A program made the position numbers and the translations under genes. This document shows positions 7,333 through 16,207 of a stretch of 53,655 nt of DNA, in pieces. Below the pieces are notes generated by a model that ran no database searches, was not told where the DNA came from, and saw nothing but the letters and a program-made list of their open reading frames with translations. The stretch spans positions 1 to 53,655 of the IMG/VR virus record IMGVR_UViG_3300037467_002078. One strand, 5' to 3'. Numbering within the stretch: position 1 is the first letter of the stretch; every line of letters begins with the position of its first letter. This DNA is from a virus. Taxonomy: Duplodnaviria > Caudoviricetes.

Positions 7333-7950
7333 TTACTTCCTGGCTTCCGGCGGGTTCATCCCTTTCTTCTTGAGATGGTTCCGGTACCACGTGACGTATC
7401 CCTTCTTCGAATCGTCCAGATCAAACTCGCTCTGAACTTTCTGGAAGATCTTTTCATCCGACAGCTTGCCCTCCATAATGAGTTCCTGGAAGCGAGCCGC
7501 CGCAGTCATGGCCTTTTGTGGTTTGGCCGCGGGTTTGGTCACGGATTTCGTGGTTGTCTTTGCCGCAGATTTGGCTCCAGGTTTTTCTTTTGCCGGAGCC
7601 TTCGCTTCGACCGACTTCTTAGTTTGAGGCATTTCAGTCTCCTGTGTGATTGCAGTTGGTGAAATACGGCCTAGGTAATCCCAGGCCTCCTTTGAAATCC
7701 CCGCCGTCTGAGCAATTCGCACGAAGTGTGCGATCGCCTTTTCGGCAGGGTAATTGACGATCGGCTTATACCGGCCGTCAAATTCGCTGATCTTGGCTTT
7801 TTTCACGTCAAGACCATCATTCACGTCAAGTGGAATGAACTTGACAAAATCTTCGCCCCGGACAATCTCAAGGCACGTGTACCGATTATGGTCATAACAC
7901 GGCACAGGAACTAAAACTTCCGGGGTCTTTGCAGTCGCTTTTTTCTTCAT
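7333..7950 (-). CDS. Hypothetical basic protein with conserved C-terminal helical domain
   Basis: K/A-rich linker and C-terminal ...KKGYVTWYR domain shared with the neighbouring gene. Confidence 0.8.
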   Translation of the reverse strand: MKKKATAKTPEVLVPVPCYDHNRYTCLEIVRGEDFVKFIPLDVNDGLDVKKAKISEFDGRYKPIVNYPAEKAIAHFVRIAQTAGISKEAWDYLGRISPTAITQETEMPQTKKSVEAKAPAKEKPGAKSAAKTTTKSVTKPAAKPQKAMTAAARFQELIMEGKLSDEKIFQKVQSEFDLDDSKKGYVTWYRNHLKKKGMNPPEARK

Positions 7951-7953
7951 GGC

Positions 7954-8460
7954 TTAGGCTTCTTTGCGCTTGGCTTCGGAACGGTACCAGGCGGGGTAGT
8001 GCTTCTTGTTGTCGCCCAGCTTGAACTCTTCCTTGATAACGGCCCAGATTTCAGCGTTGGTCTTCCCATCGACGATCATGGCGCGGCAAACTGCCGAGAC
8101 CGTACGCTTGCCAGTGAAGCGTTCCGCAGACTTCTTTTCGGAAACCTTTTTAATGATTTCCTTGGCTGCAGCAGCGATGTCTTTCTTGACTTCCTTCTTC
8201 ACAGCCTTGACCACGGCATCGGCTACCGCCATGTCAACTGGCGCATCCACTGTTTTTTCATCGATAGACTTTTCGGGCGTCGCATGGCCGTTGCCTAAAA
8301 ACTCTTTCGCTTCACCAACGAGAATTCTAAACTCAGTTACACCGCCCCAGTTTCCCTTTTCGATGAACTTATCATAGTCAATTTTGTTGACGCCCAAGCC
8401 CTTCAAAAAACGAGTGGCGGAGTCGCGGGTCTTCACAAATTTTTCGTCGGTGTTGCTCAT
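7954..8460 (-). CDS. Hypothetical basic protein with conserved C-terminal helical domain
   Basis: C-terminal ...KKHYPAWYR domain; follows promoter and CTTGCTGAGGAG RBS. Confidence 0.8.
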   Translation of the reverse strand: MSNTDEKFVKTRDSATRFLKGLGVNKIDYDKFIEKGNWGGVTEFRILVGEAKEFLGNGHATPEKSIDEKTVDAPVDMAVADAVVKAVKKEVKKDIAAAAKEIIKKVSEKKSAERFTGKRTVSAVCRAMIVDGKTNAEIWAVIKEEFKLGDNKKHYPAWYRSEAKRKEA

Positions 8461-8507
8461 TTTTTGGTCTCCTCAGCAAGGTTGGTTAAATTTGGTACGT
8501 GAAATAG

Positions 8508-8548
8508 ATTGTAGCGTGGCTAAGTGGATTTGTAAACACTTATTTACG
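8508..8548 (-). promoter_or_regulatory. Sigma70-type promoter with palindromic -35 operator
   Basis: TTTACA-N17-TACAAT on minus strand (8536-8508); TGTAAA-cactta-TTTACG. Confidence 0.8.
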
Positions 8549-10039
8549 ACTATTTTTCAACTTTTTGAGGGCGTCAAAGAAGGCATTTTGGTTTATCTCC
8601 TTATTCCTCACAGCTGGGAGGATTGCCTTCACGTCCAAAGTTCCACGTGCTAGGATGTGATGGCAGAAGACCCGCTTGGATTTATTGCCCTGCCTCAGAA
8701 TTCTACGTATGAACTGATCATACAACGTGTAATCCCATGTAAGCGAGTGCCAACAGACGTGGTTCCCCACCTCTTGGAGGTTCAAGCCCAGCGACACTGA
8801 TTGAGGATGGCCGAAGAGATAGGGCAACTTTCCGGCGTTCCATAGCTTCACTAGCTCAGACGACCGTTTCATGGTGACTTTTCCACCAATGTATGGAATA
8901 TCATCACCAAGTTTTATCCTCAACCGATCCAAGTCATGCTCGAAGTCATAAGCCACAAGGATCGGACTACCTTGGAGTTCCTCGATAAGGTCGGCTAGTG
9001 CATCTACCTTCTCAGTGTGGAGGTGAACCCACTCGCGCTTAGACTTTGGTGCCTTGATAAGTTTGAGGACATCTTGATCAAGATAAATTCCACCGTTGGC
9101 CACCTGCCGACACTTCATGCTTGCTGTCGCCGCTGTCGCCGCTGTAACCACCTTATTGCCAACCTTGGCGATGAGGTCGTCCTCAAGCCGAGTATAGACG
9201 TCCATTACGTCGTCAGGAAGATCGACGTAGATGTCATTGTTCACAAGCTGCGGTAGTTCTAGGTAATCTGCGGCCGACATCCTCAGCATCAGCGGCGCCA
9301 CCCTCTTGTAAATTTCCTCATCGGCCCCGGGACGGATGTCCCAGTTGTATCCATCGTAAGACGGCTCAAAGTATTTCCTGCGGTAGCTTGTGACAAACTT
9401 CCCAAGCGACCTCCCCTCATCAAGGACGTAGCACTGGCCGAACAGATCGAGCAGCCCATTCGCGGCGGGTGAACCTGTCAAACCATACCTGCGGGAGAAC
9501 GTCTTTATAACTTGTTTAAGCGCCTTGAACCGGTTTGACGCCGTATTCTTCACCTTGTGCAACTCATCCAGCACCAGCAGATCAAACCCAAGGGCCTTGA
9601 ACCGCTTCATGTCCATCGAGATTTTGACCTTTGTCCGGCCGGTCTTTGTGGTTATCTTCTCCTTTTTGATCTGGAAGAGCCACTCCAGCCCCTCGTAGTT
9701 AACCACGTAAATATCAGCATCAGTAGCAAGCGCCTGATCTTTCTTAGGGCCGTGAAGAATCTGTATCCTAAGATGGTTGAAATCAGCCCATTTTTCAACC
9801 TCCTTTGGCCAGACTTCGTAGCAGACTCGAACAGGCGCGATAACTAGCACCTTGCGAACCAATCTTTGCTTTATGAGAATCTTGGTTGCGCCAAGCGTGA
9901 TGGCCGTCTTACTCATCCCTGGGTCGAGAAGCAACCCGGCCGCGGCGTTTTCGAGAAGGAACTTTACCCCCTTTTTCATGTAGTTTTTCGGAATCCAGGG
10001 CTGCGGTAAGGGCTTGAAGAGCTCTTGTTGCATCGTCAT
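8540..10039 (-). CDS. SNF2-family (SF2) helicase
   Basis: DPGMSKT Walker A variant, LVLDELH Walker B, LTGSP, GLNLQ, QFIRRILRQG motifs. Confidence 0.92.
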   Translation of the reverse strand: MTMQQELFKPLPQPWIPKNYMKKGVKFLLENAAAGLLLDPGMSKTAITLGATKILIKQRLVRKVLVIAPVRVCYEVWPKEVEKWADFNHLRIQILHGPKKDQALATDADIYVVNYEGLEWLFQIKKEKITTKTGRTKVKISMDMKRFKALGFDLLVLDELHKVKNTASNRFKALKQVIKTFSRRYGLTGSPAANGLLDLFGQCYVLDEGRSLGKFVTSYRRKYFEPSYDGYNWDIRPGADEEIYKRVAPLMLRMSAADYLELPQLVNNDIYVDLPDDVMDVYTRLEDDLIAKVGNKVVTAATAATASMKCRQVANGGIYLDQDVLKLIKAPKSKREWVHLHTEKVDALADLIEELQGSPILVAYDFEHDLDRLRIKLGDDIPYIGGKVTMKRSSELVKLWNAGKLPYLFGHPQSVSLGLNLQEVGNHVCWHSLTWDYTLYDQFIRRILRQGNKSKRVFCHHILARGTLDVKAILPAVRNKEINQNAFFDALKKLKNSRK

Positions 10040-10328
10040 ACGTCTCCACTCGATATCCCAGCGCTCTTAGCAGCTGGTGGATATGTTCTTGTAATGGCCG
10101 AGGCTCTTCGCCCGGCCGCTTGAATTCGATGAGAAAGGGCTTTCCGCCTGGAATGAAGAATAACCTGTCAGGCCAGCCGGATTGCCCATTTCCTTTGATC
10201 TTGATATTGAGAATTCCGATCTTTTTGGCGTCACCACAGACCTTTCTCTCAATATCAGATTCGACAGGCCCGTAGCTTAGAATTTGCACGGGCCGCCTTT
10301 GGCCGCGCTGAAGTGGCACCACTTGCAC
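9909..10328 (-). CDS. VRR-NUC nuclease
   Basis: ESDIE...GWPDRL...IEFKRPG...PLQ motif; start uncertain. Confidence 0.85.
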   Translation of the reverse strand: MQVVPLQRGQRRPVQILSYGPVESDIERKVCGDAKKIGILNIKIKGNGQSGWPDRLFFIPGGKPFLIEFKRPGEEPRPLQEHIHQLLRALGYRVETYDDATRALQALTAALDSEKLHEKGGKVPSRKRRGRVASRPRDE

Positions 10329-10990
10329 TTGTCATTCGGCTTCGGCGCAAAGCGTGTGTCGTTCAGCATGGGTTTTACCCTCTTCTCCCACAATTTCTTC
10401 AGCTTTGGAAGATCAGACCTCACGTACTGAATTTCATTGTCAGGCGTAGGGTAAACCTCGCCTTGGTCGACATAAACCAGTGATGGAATAACCACCTCGA
10501 TGTGCGGAAGTTGGATCAGCGCCGCCAACCCGTAGAGGGACAACTGCTCCATATATTCCTCGTTGAGCTCCTCCCGAAACTTACCGGTCTTCCAATCACG
10601 AAGGCGAAGAATCTTGTGGTCATTGGTGCTAGCACAGTCAAGTTTCAGACGAAGCCAGCAATTGTTCCAGTCATCCCACCGCGTAATTTCCCAATTCTTG
10701 GTAAACGCCCAATTGTCCTCCACGACCATGCCGTTGATCTTCTTCTTGTACTGGGCCTTCAGCTCCTTAAAGACGCCGGCGAAACTCTTCAATTCCGCAG
10801 GAAGTACCCTCAACTTGCCTTTAATGTATTGGTCGGCTTTGTCATGAACCTCTGCTCCTCGGGCCAAGGCTTGGCTCGGTGGTTCTTTCCGTTTCTCGAT
10901 GAACAAGTACTTAGCCTTTGCTGGGCATTGTTTGTATACGGAGTACTTGCTGAAACTCCACGCTGTGATCTTCTTTGGCGCTAGTGCCAT
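10277..10990 (-). CDS. Cas4/RecB-like PD-(D/E)XK exonuclease
   Basis: WSFS..Y..CP, RGAEVH, KLD...DWKTG, QLSLY, C-terminal CKWC...C cluster. Confidence 0.88.
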   Translation of the reverse strand: MALAPKKITAWSFSKYSVYKQCPAKAKYLFIEKRKEPPSQALARGAEVHDKADQYIKGKLRVLPAELKSFAGVFKELKAQYKKKINGMVVEDNWAFTKNWEITRWDDWNNCWLRLKLDCASTNDHKILRLRDWKTGKFREELNEEYMEQLSLYGLAALIQLPHIEVVIPSLVYVDQGEVYPTPDNEIQYVRSDLPKLKKLWEKRVKPMLNDTRFAPKPNDKCKWCHFSAAKGGPCKF

Positions 10991-12909
10991 GGCAGTAATT
11001 CTCCTTTCTTGTCGTAGTCCCTGAGCTCTGCCCAGTTAGTATTGGAAATGGCACCTTCACTCAGCATGGGGACGTCAAATTCCACTGACTCCATGCAAGT
11101 TCTAAGAACCTCCATGCCCGTTGCCACATCCTTCTTTGGAACTGATGCGGTCAGTTGGTCGTGCACGTTGAGCATCAGTTTCCACGTTGGTTTCTTGGCG
11201 TAGTAGAACCGGATGATGGCTTCTTTCGTGCAATCAGCGGCAGAACCTTGGATGAGGACATTGACTAGCTTGTAGTCAAATTCCCGAATCCGACCCAACA
11301 CCAACTTTGGTTCCTCACAGTAGTACTCACGCCCGCCCCAAGTTCTGATCGGCTGCTTGTTCTTGGCGCGAACTTTCATGTCCTTGTACATCTGCTTCAG
11401 GCCTGGGTAGAGAACCAAAATCGCCTTCTTCAGCTCACTGGACTCCTCGACTGTCATGTCATTCTTGATTGCCAGCTTTGGAGCTCCCATGCCATAGATC
11501 AGACCGAGGTTGGTGTTCTTCACAGGCTTCCGATCGTAGAACTTGCCCATCTTTTCCAACTCTGCCTTCGCATAGTCATGGAAATCAATCCACGGATTCT
11601 CGATGTACTTGTCCATCAAAGCACCGCCGTCAAAGTGGGCCAGGATGCGCGGCTCCTGCTGTGAGTAATCTCGGTCGATGAGAACCTCACCTCTAAATGG
11701 AGTGATATAACTCCGCACCAACGGCAGCGACGGCAAATCCTTGAACGGGCACTTGGGAAGTTTCTTGTTGCTCGGGTTCTCATGAAGAAAGATCGGAGAA
11801 AACTCCTTCGGCGCATTCTGGAAGTTGGGTGTGCTTGACAACCGGCCAGTACGGGTGCCAACCGAGGAATCGCCAGATGGCGTCTTGGTTTGATTCCATG
11901 TGGTATAGATGAAACCTTTTGACGCCTCGGCCACTTTCAACCACGGGTTCATGAAGGTGCTCATGCAGGTCTTCAACTGCGTCCGATACTTCAGGACGGC
12001 CAGAAGCACTTTATCCGTAACCCCAAGAAGCAAAGCCTCCTTGTTTGTCTGATATTTCCCAGTGGGTGTCATTGGAATCAGGTCAGGGTTTGCCTTCTTC
12101 GCCTTGATCATTGCCTCGATAAGTTGGTCTCCTGAATCGAGGTTGGTAACCGTCGGTAAAGTCTTAAGCTGTGCGTGAATCCACCCGTCGATCTTCAGTT
12201 GCCATTCGCCGTACATTTTCACGTCGCTTCGCAGCTTCTTCAGATCAATGGGCAATCCCTGACGCTCCATGTCCAACAAGCATGGCATGAGCTTACGTTC
12301 GCGATCATAGGCAACCAACATTCCACGGTCGTTGGTCTTTTTCCACAAAAGATCAAACAGCTTCTCAGTGCGAATGGTATCGCCATTGGCGTATTTCCCA
12401 ACTAGATCGCCGGGCGCGTGCCTAAGATATTTCATGAAGTAGTGCTCAGAGCCCCTGGACTTGCTGATCTTTACACCTTTGATTGGCTGGTTCTTTATGA
12501 GCCACTCGCCTACCTCGTCTTGCTCCTCAGGAGGCATCCCGAGAAGACGGGCGGCAGATGGCTTCAAGCTTAATTCAGTTTGATGCGGATCGTCAAGGTA
12601 GAGCAAAAACAAAGTATCATGGATTTTGTCCCATTCTGGGATCGGCAGACCCATGTGCACCTCGGCTACGTCCACGTCAAACTTGCCGTTCTGAAAGAGC
12701 AGACCATCTTTATGTTTCCATACCTTAGCCAAGGCAGCCTTCGCCGCCTCGAGGGTGCAGTTGTTTTTGGTAGCATGGCCCCACGAATAATACTTTGGAG
12801 TTTTACCATGAATTTTGATGGAAACACCGCAGGGCTTTGGCGGATAGAATGGCCGTCCAAGAATGCCATCGGTTTCAAAGTCAACTGTGACTGGTTTTGG
12901 TTGTTTCAT
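10981..12909 (-). CDS. polA: Family A DNA polymerase with 3'-5' exonuclease
   Basis: VDFET exo I, TGRLSS, DYSQQEPRILAH (motif A), RKPVKNTNLGLIYG (motif B), VHD (motif C). Confidence 0.95.
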   Translation of the reverse strand: MKQPKPVTVDFETDGILGRPFYPPKPCGVSIKIHGKTPKYYSWGHATKNNCTLEAAKAALAKVWKHKDGLLFQNGKFDVDVAEVHMGLPIPEWDKIHDTLFLLYLDDPHQTELSLKPSAARLLGMPPEEQDEVGEWLIKNQPIKGVKISKSRGSEHYFMKYLRHAPGDLVGKYANGDTIRTEKLFDLLWKKTNDRGMLVAYDRERKLMPCLLDMERQGLPIDLKKLRSDVKMYGEWQLKIDGWIHAQLKTLPTVTNLDSGDQLIEAMIKAKKANPDLIPMTPTGKYQTNKEALLLGVTDKVLLAVLKYRTQLKTCMSTFMNPWLKVAEASKGFIYTTWNQTKTPSGDSSVGTRTGRLSSTPNFQNAPKEFSPIFLHENPSNKKLPKCPFKDLPSLPLVRSYITPFRGEVLIDRDYSQQEPRILAHFDGGALMDKYIENPWIDFHDYAKAELEKMGKFYDRKPVKNTNLGLIYGMGAPKLAIKNDMTVEESSELKKAILVLYPGLKQMYKDMKVRAKNKQPIRTWGGREYYCEEPKLVLGRIREFDYKLVNVLIQGSAADCTKEAIIRFYYAKKPTWKLMLNVHDQLTASVPKKDVATGMEVLRTCMESVEFDVPMLSEGAISNTNWAELRDYDKKGELLPWH

Positions 12910-13112
12910 GATCTTCCTGTCAGTTCAGCACGTTCACGAAGGGCCCTGACACGGTTAAGGCGTGAATGAATCCGCTTCAGAAAATGAGTACGATTGCGAC
13001 CGCTCTTCTCTTCTTCAAGAAGCCGGTGGCAATCTTCTTCGGTGGCAGTGATTATATACGCGTTAAGGTTTAACCATGTTTTTAGGGCTGGGTTTGATAT
13101 TGGTTTCCTCAT
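12906..13112 (-). CDS. Hypothetical protein
   Basis: Stop overlaps the polymerase start (ATGA). Confidence 0.7.
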   Translation of the reverse strand: MRKPISNPALKTWLNLNAYIITATEEDCHRLLEEEKSGRNRTHFLKRIHSRLNRVRALRERAELTGRS

Positions 13113-13123
13113 AGTTGAGTCCT

Positions 13124-13152
13124 AAAAGGGGCCGGCCTGAGGTAGGCCAGCC
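13124..13152 (-). terminator. Intrinsic terminator
   Basis: GGGCTGGCCT-ACCTC-AGGCCGGCCC stem followed by CTTTT on minus strand. Confidence 0.6.
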
Positions 13153-13161
13153 CGGGGTGGA

Positions 13162-14004
13162 TCAATACTTCCGCTTGCCCTGCGCCGGTCTTTTTGCAGC
13201 CGTCTTTGTCGATTTTGCAGCGCCACGTCTTGCTTTTGGCGCCGGTTCTTCATCAACCGGGGTATAGGGGAAGTCAATAACTGCCTGAGCCTCCTTGTTG
13301 CGGTCCATGATGATGCCCATCAACTCGTTGGGTACCTTATCGATCGGTTCGAAGACGACGCGAAATTGCGTCTTAGGATCAGGAACCACACTCACCTTCG
13401 TGATGATTCCATGCGGAGGACGGCGAAGCGCTCCGGCAACCTGCTTGACGAACGCAGCGTAGCCTTTGACCGACGTGACGGGGAGCTTCATAAAACCGAT
13501 TGGAGTAGACTTGAAGTGATCTTCATCGTCAATGAGTTCAACTTTTCCACTCTTATCAAAGTTCCCTGCAGGGATCATCGCCAGACGGCGAGTGTTCCGA
13601 CAAGCCTTCCCGCGCCCCTTTTCCGCTGTGCCAAATTCGTTCATCTCGCACCCAGCACAAAGCCCCGACGCTCCGCACTGTTGGTTACCAGCCGCTATAA
13701 CATCTTTGTGCGGGCTCATCGTCTTATCATCGCGACCGAACGCGAAGCAAGTAGGCGATTGTGGTGTGTCTGGATCGTATTCACCCTCGTAGTAGACGTT
13801 TTCAAGGATAGAATCGACGATTATCACCGGCATCGCATTTCCAGGGATGGGCGCGTCATTCCACGACAGTACCCCAGCTTTTATGCTGAAGAACTGGCCA
13901 GCTGCAACACTGGCCTCCATCCCGGCGGCAATCTCCGCCTGTTTCGCTAACTCTTCATCCCACGCCACGATTGAAGTGGTTTTTGCTTTCTTTGCTGTTG
14001 CCAT
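13162..14004 (-). CDS. Putative single-stranded DNA-binding protein
   Basis: Upstream of the polymerase, Cys cluster, beta-rich; preceded by a gene-32-like pseudoknot; C-terminus is basic rather than acidic. Confidence 0.55.
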   Translation of the reverse strand: MATAKKAKTTSIVAWDEELAKQAEIAAGMEASVAAGQFFSIKAGVLSWNDAPIPGNAMPVIIVDSILENVYYEGEYDPDTPQSPTCFAFGRDDKTMSPHKDVIAAGNQQCGASGLCAGCEMNEFGTAEKGRGKACRNTRRLAMIPAGNFDKSGKVELIDDEDHFKSTPIGFMKLPVTSVKGYAAFVKQVAGALRRPPHGIITKVSVVPDPKTQFRVVFEPIDKVPNELMGIIMDRNKEAQAVIDFPYTPVDEEPAPKARRGAAKSTKTAAKRPAQGKRKY

Positions 14005-14035
14005 TATCTCCTCACTAGTTACGAGTACTTTTACG

Positions 14036-14087
14036 AAGTCCGGATAAAAATTAAGCCCCGTAAGTCGGACTTTTCCTCACAGGGCTC
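14036..14087 (-). promoter_or_regulatory. H-type RNA pseudoknot in the leader of the putative SSB gene
   Basis: Stem 1 GAGCCCUGUGAG/CUUACGGGGCUU (12 bp with G-U pairs), stem 2 AAGUCCG/CGGACUU (7 bp). Confidence 0.7.
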
Positions 14088-14091
14088 AGGG

Positions 14092-14421
14092 TTATTGCAC
14101 TGTCGATGGGCCAGTCTCAGTAAGTTCGACTGACTCACCTCGCTCTTGGATGTCCGCCGCGACCAGCATTGACATCGCCATGAGCATGTCTAAATCTCCA
14201 ACGACGCTTGTGGAAATTTGAAACGCGTCGTTATCAGGCGTCTTCAGAACAGTGATATTGATTGACGCAACAATATCATCTTTGTTTAGCTCGTTTGCCG
14301 CCTTGTAGGCCCGCTCGATTGAACTTCTGGTATACTCGTCAACTACACCGTTCGTGATCTTATAAAACTTCTCCATTTGGAGAGCGATCAAAACTCTCGA
14401 AAATTCCCGCATATCAGGCAT
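14092..14421 (-). CDS. Hypothetical protein
   Basis: GGAGG RBS before ATG 14421. Confidence 0.7.
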   Translation of the reverse strand: MPDMREFSRVLIALQMEKFYKITNGVVDEYTRSSIERAYKAANELNKDDIVASINITVLKTPDNDAFQISTSVVGDLDMLMAMSMLVAADIQERGESVELTETGPSTVQ

Positions 14422-14422
14422 G

Positions 14423-14650
14423 TTACCTCCAGTAAGTTTTTCCATCGCCGCACAGCCATTCTTTTCTGGCTGGCGATTCAACGACCCTAGAGCCGTTCTC
14501 GGTTGAAATAATTTGAATCATCTCACGGCAATTGTTTTTGCGCTTGAAATCCTCCCAGCTCCTGTTATCGATAACGTAGCAGACAAAGACAGATATAGCA
14601 ATCGTGATTATGCCTGCAGCCCACACCCACGCATATGAAGCAGGATTCAT
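14423..14650 (-). CDS. Hypothetical membrane protein
   Basis: N-terminal TM helix; ATGA overlap. Confidence 0.65.
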   Translation of the reverse strand: MNPASYAWVWAAGIITIAISVFVCYVIDNRSWEDFKRKNNCREMIQIISTENGSRVVESPARKEWLCGDGKTYWR

Positions 14651-15051
14651 AGTTTGTTGATTGAAACCGTGATGGCCGTAAAATGCTCGACCCCAGGAAC
14701 TTCCTTATCTTCGCTCCACCGCTCCTTGACTGCAACGTCAGACAGACGGCGCTGGAGGATTTCGAATGAGTTAGTCTTCTTAATGTAGCGATACAAGGCG
14801 TCCCAGTCCTTGACCTGCGGTACATCCTTCGAGACGATCGTCACGCGAGCCAGCTTGCCGGCAACACCTGACGCTTCTGACTTCGGTAGATTGTTGATGA
14901 TGTGATTCTTGAGCGCCTTCTCCTCTTCCTCAATTTCGTCAGCAACCTTTTGGATTGCCAGACGCTTATTGCGGAGCTCAAAAAGTTTGTCGGCGCAGGC
15001 GCCCATCGTTTTTGGTAATTTGAACTTCTGAGATGCTGCCGGTGTTGCCAT
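14647..15051 (-). CDS. Hypothetical coiled-coil replication-module protein
   Basis: Strong RBS; PQVKDWDALY...ILQRRLS...VPGV pattern typical of phage replication modules. Confidence 0.75.
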   Translation of the reverse strand: MATPAASQKFKLPKTMGACADKLFELRNKRLAIQKVADEIEEEEKALKNHIINNLPKSEASGVAGKLARVTIVSKDVPQVKDWDALYRYIKKTNSFEILQRRLSDVAVKERWSEDKEVPGVEHFTAITVSINKL

Positions 15052-15211
15052 GATACCCTCCCTTCGTTAGTGAACTTACTACACCCTGAACCCAATTGTT
15101 GTACATGACGTACAAGCTTGAAACCCATGGAACCAGCAGTAGCAATATCAGCATGATTACAACCGCTGCGCCAATTCCAGCTAGTACAGATTTCTGCCCT
15201 TTGCTGAACAT
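14978..15211 (-). CDS. Hypothetical membrane protein
   Basis: GGAGGAGG RBS, TM helix. Confidence 0.6.
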   Translation of the reverse strand: MFSKGQKSVLAGIGAAVVIMLILLLLVPWVSSLYVMYNNWVQGVVSSLTKGGYHGNTGSISEVQITKNDGRLRRQTF

Positions 15212-15231
15212 ACCCTCCTCCCGTTAAAGAA

Positions 15232-15430
15232 CCTACAACGAAGGTGTCAGGCCGGTGTGGACACATCAGCCGCTACGCCTCCCGCCACTCCGTTTACTGG
15301 ATACCTGCCCCTTGGACGTAGTGTGACCAGCTAGTCACACAAACACTTGGGCCATCGGCCAGTCCCGTCTCCCACTACGGTCTGCTCCTACCTAGACACC
15401 TTCGTTGTAGGGACCCTCATCTGAGGGCCC
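15232..15430 (-). ncRNA. Putative structured RNA: short hairpin plus ~180-nt domain closed by a 17-bp stem
   Basis: Perfect inverted repeat 15232-15248/15395-15411, internal hairpin 15321-15340, abutting hairpin 15411-15430. Confidence 0.6.
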
Positions 15431-15436
15431 AGGATT

Positions 15437-16123
15437 TTACTCTGAAAGAAATTTGTGCTTGGTTTCTCCCATTGGGCGGTGGATCGATTCTCCGCTTGCC
15501 GCAGCACGACCAGCGTGGTACCCCACTGCGCCGATCTTACGTTTCTGTGAGTCGGCTGTCCTACCACTCGTTAAGCGTTGAAATTCGTCCTCGATAAAAA
15601 CCTTAGTCTCATCCGAGAGGGCAAACTCGTGAACAGTCTTCGAGATTTCTCGAACCCAACCCTTGCAGAATCCGTCGGCTTCGACGGTCTTCCGAGTTCT
15701 GCCGCAATGTCCACCAAATCGAGCGATGAACTGAGCCCTTGCCCTTGCCATTTTCCGTTGAAGAACCTCGCAGGTGTAGTGAGCAATCGGCACCTGAGCC
15801 TTCAGGCCGATAAGAGTAAATGTGCCGAAGACGTTCACCGCGTGACTGGATGACTTAACCCACATTACCTTGCAACCAAAGGCTTTGGCTACCAAAGTAA
15901 CTAGAGAGACCTCGTAGTCTTTCAACTTTGACACAGAGAACTTGGATTTGAAATCAACCATGACAATTTCTGAGCGGCCCAAGTCAGACTGGGTTATATC
16001 GTACTTCTCCATCAACTTCTGAGCCTGGCGCAGGGCGGCGGCAGCCTCGTGAGGCTCAGAGGACTGGCTCAGCGCCAAGCACTTCTTGATCTTGTCCAGA
16101 ATTTTATCATCTAACTTGTCCAC
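15437..16123 (-). CDS. DUF2786-domain protein
   Basis: KILDKIKKCLALS...EAAAALRQAQKLMEKY N-terminus; GTG 16123 after GCTGAGGG. Confidence 0.85.
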   Translation of the reverse strand: MDKLDDKILDKIKKCLALSQSSEPHEAAAALRQAQKLMEKYDITQSDLGRSEIVMVDFKSKFSVSKLKDYEVSLVTLVAKAFGCKVMWVKSSSHAVNVFGTFTLIGLKAQVPIAHYTCEVLQRKMARARAQFIARFGGHCGRTRKTVEADGFCKGWVREISKTVHEFALSDETKVFIEDEFQRLTSGRTADSQKRKIGAVGYHAGRAAASGESIHRPMGETKHKFLSE

Positions 16124-16157
16124 GTTATATCCCTCAGCGTTGTGAATAACAGAGTAC

Positions 16158-16198
16158 ATTATACTGCAGTTCAATACTGGTGTAAATATTTATTTACA
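16158..16198 (-). promoter_or_regulatory. Sigma70-type promoter with palindromic -35 operator
   Basis: TTTACA-N17-TATAAT on minus strand (16186-16158); TGTAAA-tattta-TTTACA. Confidence 0.88.
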
Positions 16199-16207
16199 AG
16201 TTTATTG

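Noticed and set aside
10277-10990. Cas4-like gene as part of a CRISPR system
   Set aside because: No repeat-spacer array or other cas genes; solo Cas4-like nucleases are ordinary in phage replication modules
15232-15411. Retron msr-msd or DGR element suggested by the long inverted repeat
   Set aside because: No reverse transcriptase in the genome and no template/variable repeat pair seen
15806-15813. GCCGATAA as a sigma28 -10 element
   Set aside because: No TAAA at the expected spacing; lies antisense within a coding region
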